This document shows positions 47,491 to 64,000 of a stretch of DNA of 64,000 nucleotides, piece after piece. This DNA comes from the human T2T-CHM13v2.0 reference genome, Homo sapiens. Position numbers and translations under genes: made by a program. Numbering within the stretch: the first letter of the stretch is position 1; each line of letters opens with the position of its first letter. The notes below the pieces were generated by a model. That model was not told the DNA's origin. It made no database searches and worked only from the letters and a program-made list of their open reading frames with translations. The stretch is from the NCBI RefSeq assembly GCF_009914755.1, contig NC_060931.1, one strand, 5' to 3'.

Positions 47491-48659
47491 GAAGTCTAAA
47501 TAAAGTGGAAGGCAACTATGGAGTTGTGGGAAATGAGACTGGACTGGATGAATGGAAACTGGTAATGCAGAATCCTGAAAAATCAGGTAGAGGGGTCTGT
47601 GCTTGACATATTGTGCAACAGAGACCCCTGTATGTCTTAAACCAGGAGTGCAGTGAGATGATGCAAATGATGACCCAAGATTTCAAAAGCATGGGCCAAA
47701 CAGATAGTTGATTTCCCAGTCAATAAATAAAGCAAAACCAACAGTGGTTCACACAGGGCTCAACCTAGGCCTTAGGTCATCAGCACAGTGATGTCAGCAC
47801 TGTAATCAAATCAGCTCTGTGAAGCTTACCAAATGCTACCAGTGATTCAAGCTACGATTTCACAAAAGTGCTGCTTTGCCCAAATGACCACAAACACACT
47901 GAAGTCACAAAGAGTATCATATTTGAAAGGAATCTAACACAGGAAAGACAATGCATAATTAGTGCATGTGACAGAGCTCATTTAAAATTGAAAATGACAA
48001 ATCAAACCACATGTCATCTTTGCCTGCTTAATCAGGAAATCAGCCCACTGGCTTCCTCCTATCTTTGCTTGAAATTGAGTTATAACTCCCTGTGCTCTCC
48101 AAAATATGAGGCGTTAAGACATCCCTTCCTGGAATAGTTAACTGGAGAAAAAATATGAATATTGTTTCTCTTCAGGACCAACGGATCCATCCCAGGTGCA
48201 CCGTTACAATTTCATTTCCAAATCATTGCCCCTTCTCTGTCATTCAGAATATTGCACGCTCTGCGAAAATTTGTCCTTGGCCATTCCAAGTTACTATGCC
48301 ACTGAAAAAGTCAATACTGTAATGTAAGAATCCAAAGAACATTCTTTGCCTCTTCTAGAACAAATATAAAGGAGGAAAACTCTCTTTCACATAAGTTTTA
48401 ATGAATCTGTGTTTTGGGATCAAGAGAACAATCGATGTTTACACAGGTACTGCATTTTGCAGACTCTGGCTGACAGAAACTGATTTATTCATTGATTTTC
48501 TTTTATCAGCAAGATAATTGTTTTTAACCCAGCTAAATACTCTGACAAAATGCCAATGTATGCTAGGCCCTTCTTTATTTAACAAAAGGTCAAGAGGTAC
48601 CTTATCTACCTTTTTATGAAGTCCTAAACGGGCTGTATGTGTTGTGGAATTTTTTTTTA

Positions 48660-50110
<1,451 letters not shown>

Positions 50111-50265
50111 AAGAAGTTAAGGAATATGAAAATGTAAAACTAAAATAAAGAATGCCATAAAGTTAAAAATAAAATTACTGTAACTTATAATTGAGGATGT
50201 AAAATACATTTGCCCCAAAAGTTTTTTTTGTTTTGTTTTGTTTTCTTTTTTTTCTTTTTTTTTGA

Positions 50266-50553
<288 letters not shown>

Positions 50554-51504
50554 TAGAGCTAGTAGAACTTAATGGACACATCTAGCAATTATAAATGTAC
50601 AAGCTGTAGATCTCTACAAAGCTGGAACTGTCTGCTCTACAGCTCACACTTTAGTATTATGTAATACGTTCACATGCAATCAGATTTCCAGAAACTGCTT
50701 ACCTATACAAAAACTTCATATTCTCCTGTAGGACTTAGAATAGTACTTATTTTATTTACATGTGTTTAAAGCAAATACTCCAAACGCATTTTAAAGACTG
50801 TCTAAATTTATACTACAGGCAGGCAGTTACTTAATTTCCTTAAGTAATGAATTAGATGACTGAAGTTGACTTTCTAGTTGACATTTAATTTGTAAAATTT
50901 GCTTAACTTGGTGAGTCAATTAAATGGATATAAACAATTCAGTTTATTCGGAAACTGAATTCCGAATAAACAGAACAAAATGATCTCTTGGTGAACTTTC
51001 CTCAGAAGCACACACATACACAAACGGCACATGCAAACAGTGCCTATTAATTGCCACACAGTCAACTCTTACGCAGGCAACGACGAAAAGAATTGCTCAA
51101 ATTCTCCTATGCCCAGCCTATGCTATCAAGTCATGCTCTGAAAAACTAAAGTCTGGTACAAGCAAACTGGGCAGCTTCTGAAGTCAATGAACAACTTAAC
51201 CTGTAGCATTCTCTTGGGAGCTAGCAAACGAGTATCCTCTTTGCAGTCCTGTTACTGGGATGTTATAGTACCTATTACCCACCTTTTCTAAATATCAGTA
51301 TTTCCAGCTGTGAAAAGAAAGAAATCCTGACACTACCTCAAAAAGATGGTACAGAAGATAGTGTCCATTTTCCTAATTATATATATTACATTCAAGAATA
51401 AAAGAGTGGGCTGCGGGCGCGGTGGCTCACGACTGTAATCCCAGTACTTTGGGAGGCTAAGGCGGGCGGATCATGAAGTCAGGAGATCGAGACCATCCTG
51501 GCTA

Positions 51505-51762
<258 letters not shown>

Positions 51763-51765
51763 TCA

Positions 51766-52050
<285 letters not shown>

Positions 52051-52161
52051 TCATTTATAGACAAAGTTAGCCAAATAGTAAATACCTAATATACAGAAAT
52101 ACCTAACTTTGCTATATAAATATTTTGCATGGTGGCACATACCTGTAGTCCCAGCTAGTCA

Positions 52162-52266
<105 letters not shown>

Positions 52267-52432
52267 TCAAAAAAAAAGAAGAAATTTCTGGTATTATTAT
52301 TATTATTATGTATTAGTTACTTAGTAGGTATTTCCTCAATCAGAATTTTAAAAAGTAGCAAAAACTTAGAGGAGTTGTTCATTGTGCCTCCTCGCTTCAG
52401 GTTCTGGGAGTGTCTGATAGAGTTACAATATA

Positions 52433-52718
52433 CAGGCATCCTCTGGTATGTATCGGAGATTGATCCCAGGACCCCCACATACACCAAAATCCGAACATGC
52501 TTGTGTCCCAGAGAGCCTTGCAGAACCAGCAGCTAGGAAGCCAGCTCTCCACATATGCAGGTATATTCTCATCCCTCAAATACTGTATTTTCATTCTCTG
52601 CGTTTGGTTGCAGATGTGGAACCTGCAGATATGGAGGGCCAACTGCATTTATTTTTTAAAATCTGCGTATAAGGAGATCCATGAAGTTCAAGCTCGTGTT
52701 GTTCAAGGGTCAACTGTA
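52433..52718 (+). mobile_element. MER8-like TcMar-Tigger MITE
   Basis: ta-caggcatcctctggtat...caggacccccacatacaccaaaatcc...gttgttcaagggtcaactg-ta, with TA target sites. Confidence 0.7.
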
Positions 52719-53052
52719 TCTGCAACTCAAGGTTCTGCTAAAGATCCTAAGGAGCAGACTTCCAAAGGTCACGCCTCCTGTTGAAGACCAGGTGAGGACC
52801 AGAAGTTAGGCTTCCAGACCTTTCCACTCCAGGGCCCTTCCACTCCCAAATCACATGTCTATCTCAGGAAACCTCATTTTCCCATGAATTACTGGCTGCA
52901 AAATTCTTGATTGGTTACAGGAAGTCACTGACTACTTGGCAGAAGTGGACAGGCTGTTACAAGAACAAAAACCCCTTGATTCAAACCATTTCACTTAGGA
53001 AAATCAGAAAATATACACGCCTAGCAACTAGGATGCTAGCTAATGAATTTAT

Positions 53053-54468
53053 ACAGTCGGCTCTCCTTAGCCTCAGGTTCCACATCCTTAGATTCAACCA
53101 ACCTGGAATGAAAAACATGCAAAAAAAATGTTTAAGAAAATGCTACATTGTTGCTGACATGTACTATGTAGTTAGGCCTAGGATGGCTGCCTCTACACTG
53201 AACATGGATAGACTGCTTTTTGTCATTATTCCCTAAACAACACAGTACAACAACTATTTACACAGCCTTTACATTGCATCATGTATTATAAGTTGGTTGA
53301 GAATCAAACTGGTTTTCCTCTGCTCTCACCTGACAACAATCAACACAGAAGACTTCTGTGACCAGATGCGTGGGGATTTTTCTCTATCAATAAGTAAGCC
53401 ATCAATTCTGCAGCCAGCACTAGCTGGGTACCTTCCAATCCAATTCAATTCGGACACTAACTATCTGAAAACAGTGTCAGATTCCACAGGCTGAGGGCTC
53501 AGTCCCAGAAGACTGCTCCTACTTCAGACACCAGTCACACAGGTCAGGGCCTCCAGAACTTCTCAATGGCGGGCTTCAAGCTGCAGTTCCCAGGACCTCC
53601 TCTTTAGGCTTCATTAATTTGAACACTTACTTAGGTTTACTGATTTATTATAAAGGGTATTACCAAGGATACAGATTAAGTGGTGCACAGGATGAGGGAT
53701 GGAGAGGGGGCACAGAGCTCTCTGCCCTCCCCAGGCATACCACCATCCAGAAACTTCCACCTGTTAGGCTATCCAGAAGTTCTCTTGGGCATTTTGTAGA
53801 GATTTCACTAGAGAGAGATTATTGAAGCATGACCAACCTCACAGTAACTGATTGGATAAAGAGTGTCATCTAACTGAGTGCAGAAACCCAGCAAGGCCCA
53901 TCCAGATTCTCCTTGGCCTCTCTCTATTTCTTCCTCCTGGGTAAGGGGCACGACCCCCTCTGAAACGGGGGTCTTGTAACCTAAAATCAGACAAGATACT
54001 TCAGAGATTTCTTTACGGCCAGCTCTAAGACAGAAAGGCAGGGGATGATTAGAGGGCAAGAGACAGATCTTCTGTTTTCTGAGGCCTGCTTCTGAGGCTT
54101 AGAGTGCCCCAACATTCTAACAAAAGACTGTCCTTCACCTTTACTGCTCTGAAGCTGTTCCAAGGCCACTTCAGGAACCATGGACAAAGGACAAATACTT
54201 TAACAAAAGTTATGCTTACTGTTTTAGTCATTTAGAAAGTAACAAGGACTATGGCAGTTATGAGCCAGGAACCATGGACAAAAACTGGTATTACATGTCA
54301 TGGTATCATAATAAGGCATCTAGAGATGATTTAAAGTATATGGGAGAATATGCATAGATCATATGCAAATACTACACCGTTTTATATCAGGGACTTGAGC
54401 ATCTGTGAATTTTGGTATACGCAGGGGGTCCCGGAACCAATCCCCCAAAGATGCTGAGAGATGACTAT
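53053..54468. mobile_element. Tigger4/MER46-like DNA transposon split by a MER21 LTR (~53294-54308)
   Basis: cagtcggctctcc...ggttccacatccttagattcaacc... resumes at ...tctagagatgatttaaagtata...ggaaccaatccccc...gatgactata. The insert has MER21 text (caattcaattcggacactaactatctg...tcagattccacaggctgagggctcagtcc). Confidence 0.65.
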
Positions 54469-54499
54469 ATTTATGAAGCTAATAAAGTATTGTTATATT

Positions 54500-56720
<2,221 letters not shown>

Positions 56721-57769
56721 GGAAATGCTCTAGTAAGTAGGGAAAAATTAGTAATGATGGCTTATACAAGAGTAAAATATATTAATAGTTTTTCAGGTTG
56801 CAGATGAAATCCCATCAGTAGGTTGCAAAATTAATTCAGTAGGTCAACTTATTTTTATTTTTATTTTTTTTTTAGACAGAGGCTTGCTCTGCCACTCTGG
56901 CAGGAATGTAGTGGCTGGATCTCAGCTCATTGCAGCCTCCTGGGATCAAGCGGTCCTCCCATCTCAGCCTCGTAAGTAGCTGAGACTACAGGCATGAACC
57001 ACCACACTCAGCTAACTTTTTTATTTTTTGCAGACACAGGGTCTCCCTATGTTGCCCAGGCTGGTCTCTACCACCCAGGCTCAAGTGATCCTCCTGCCTA
57101 CGCTTCCCAAAGTGCTGGCATTACTGGTATGAGCCACACGCTTGGCCCCATTCATTTTAACAAAAAAATAAACAATATGAGAGTGTACGCCATACATTAT
57201 TGTTTCATGAGCCTTTCATTTCAGTTACACAGACATATTATGTTACGTCAATAAAAAAAAAAAACTCAAAAGGAGCCAGGTGAGGTGGCTCACACCTGCA
57301 ATCCCAGCACTTTGGGAGTACAAGGCAGGAGGATCACTTGAGCTCAGTATCACCTTGAGACCAGCCTAGGCTGTAGTGAGACCCTCTGTCTACAAAAACT
57401 TAAAAAAAAAAAAATGAACAGTGAGTGATGGTGTGGGCCTGCAGTCCCAGCTACCGGAGAGGCTGAAGCAGGATTGCTTGAGTCCAGAAGGTCGAGGCTG
57501 CAGTGAACCATGATTACACCACCACACTCCCACTGGTGGACACAGCAAGACTCTGTTTCTTAAGAAAAAACAAAATTAATTAATTAAAAATATAAACATC
57601 TGAAATGCCATAGTACATATAACCATTAAACATGAGGCAAGAGAACGTGAAGGAAACTGTATCAGTCAGTTCACAGAGAACACAAGTTAGGTAATACCTA
57701 CAAGTTAATATCAATCATATAAAACCCACATTCGGAGTAGATGCAAAAACTTCCATTTGCACTAGGCGC

Positions 57770-58690
57770 AACGAACAAGCACGGAAAAGACCACGTGGAG
57801 TTAAACTGTCAGAAAACCTTTTACCCTCGCCTGTACACACCCACACACCCCGTGCTGTTTCTCCGGTCCCAGTCCTGGCTCACATCCTTCCCTTCTCCAC
57901 CCAAAAACTCGCCCCTTCCCTCACAGTGTTGACTGTTCCCATCAAACTCTGAGGGCAGCTCTTCGGAGTGAGGGCTCCCCAGGGCCCGGTGGGGCAAGCA
58001 GAGCTCTACCTGGACCTGATTCGTCTCTCCTCCACCTACTTTCAGGGCGGACAGACTCAGGCCTTTACAGCCTGCTAAGTCCCGGGTCGGATACCAGGCT
58101 GGGCTCCACCCCCGCACTGTGACCCAGAAACGCTGGTAAATGAATGAGAGAAGGAGGGGGCACATTGAAAGGCAGCCGGACACGGAGGTGCTCGGCCCCG
58201 CACCCCAGACACAGGTTGTGGAGGTTCGGAGGGGCTTGAGTCCCGTTCGTCCCTGTCCCTATCCCGGGGCCCTCCCGGACAGGGCCAGCCAGCCCCCTGC
58301 CCTCACTTCCGTACGAGGGTCGCCCAGTCCCCACGGCTCTCGGCTCTCAGAGGTCCAACTGTTAGGCTCCTCGCGTACCAAAAGGGACGCGTCCAGACTA
58401 GAGTCTGGACTTCCATGAGGTCCAGACTCGTCGCCTCTGGCTGCCAGCAGACAAGGAACTTCACACTCTACAGCTCTCCCCACCGTCGCCAACAGCGCCA
58501 AAGTGCCAGCTCCGCACGCCAAGGTGCAAGCCAGGAGCGCCGCGCTTCATGCCGGGAGCTTGGCGGACTCGGAACCTCGCGCCGCAGGTTCTCCTTTCTC
58601 GGGGGTGGGGGTGTTGGGGGGGGTGGGGGCGTGTTCCTGTATCCTTCGCCCAGGCCGACTTCAGACTGCTGAGCGTTTGCGGACAGGATT
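57770..58690. promoter_or_regulatory. CpG-island promoter of the CRCP pseudogene
   Basis: Only non-repeat GC- and CpG-rich tract in the window. It contains the CRCP-like exon 1, an ETS/GABPA-type CACTTCCG (58304-58311) and G-runs at 58601-58629. Confidence 0.8.
58409..58520 (-). pseudogene. CRCP (pseudogene copy): CRCP pseudogene exon 1 (5'UTR + ATGGAAGT); donor site absent
   Basis: Minus strand reads ...gtgtgaagttccttgtctgctggcagccagaggcgacgagtctggacctc ATG GAA GT (ATG at 58416-58414), followed by CCAGAC instead of a GT donor. The 5' boundary is approximate. Confidence 0.82.
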
Positions 58691-58704
58691 ATCTCGTGTT
58701 TTCT

Positions 58705-62222
<3,518 letters not shown>

Positions 62223-62224
62223 TA

Positions 62225-63932
<1,708 letters not shown>

Positions 63933-63943
63933 GACTCCTAATC

Positions 63944-64000
63944 CAGTGGTCCCCAACCTTTTTGGCACCAGGAACTTGTTTTGTGGAAGACAGTTTTTCC
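63944..64000 (+). mobile_element. MER1 (hAT-Charlie) 5' end, runs off window
   Basis: cagtggtccccaacctttttggcaccagg...ttttgtggaagaca. Confidence 0.75.

Overview
Primate (very likely human) euchromatic DNA with no intact protein-coding gene. It is extremely Alu-rich (roughly a hundred Alu elements or fragments by eye), and nearly all ORFs in the track are Alu, L1 or ERV artefacts. Reading between the repeats reveals four main things. (1) An unprocessed CRCP (RNA polymerase III subunit RPC9 / CGRP receptor component) pseudogene on the minus strand, with a CpG-island promoter and exons 1-4 at 58409+, 45589-45625, 42648-42746 and 39286-39380; its exon-1 donor, exon-3 acceptor and reading frame are each broken. 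(2) An orphan, amino-acid-perfect copy of VKORC1L1 exon 2 (18121-18230, +) with intact splice sites but no exon 3. (3) A 5'-deleted type-2 HERV-K(HML-2) provirus (env plus LTR5B-like 3' LTR, 18778-21897, -) with heavy GA>AA APOBEC3-type hypermutation, co-oriented with and downstream of the CRCP pseudogene. (4) An L1PA insertion into an LTR15 showing both twin-priming inversion and a ~370-bp 3' transduction polyadenylated at a captured LTR's AATAAA. The VKORC1L1 + CRCP + HML-2 combination suggests human 7q11.21 near VKORC1L1/GUSB/ASL/CRCP (inference from memory, not a database check). Repeat subfamily names are from recalled consensus sequences and need RepeatMasker confirmation.
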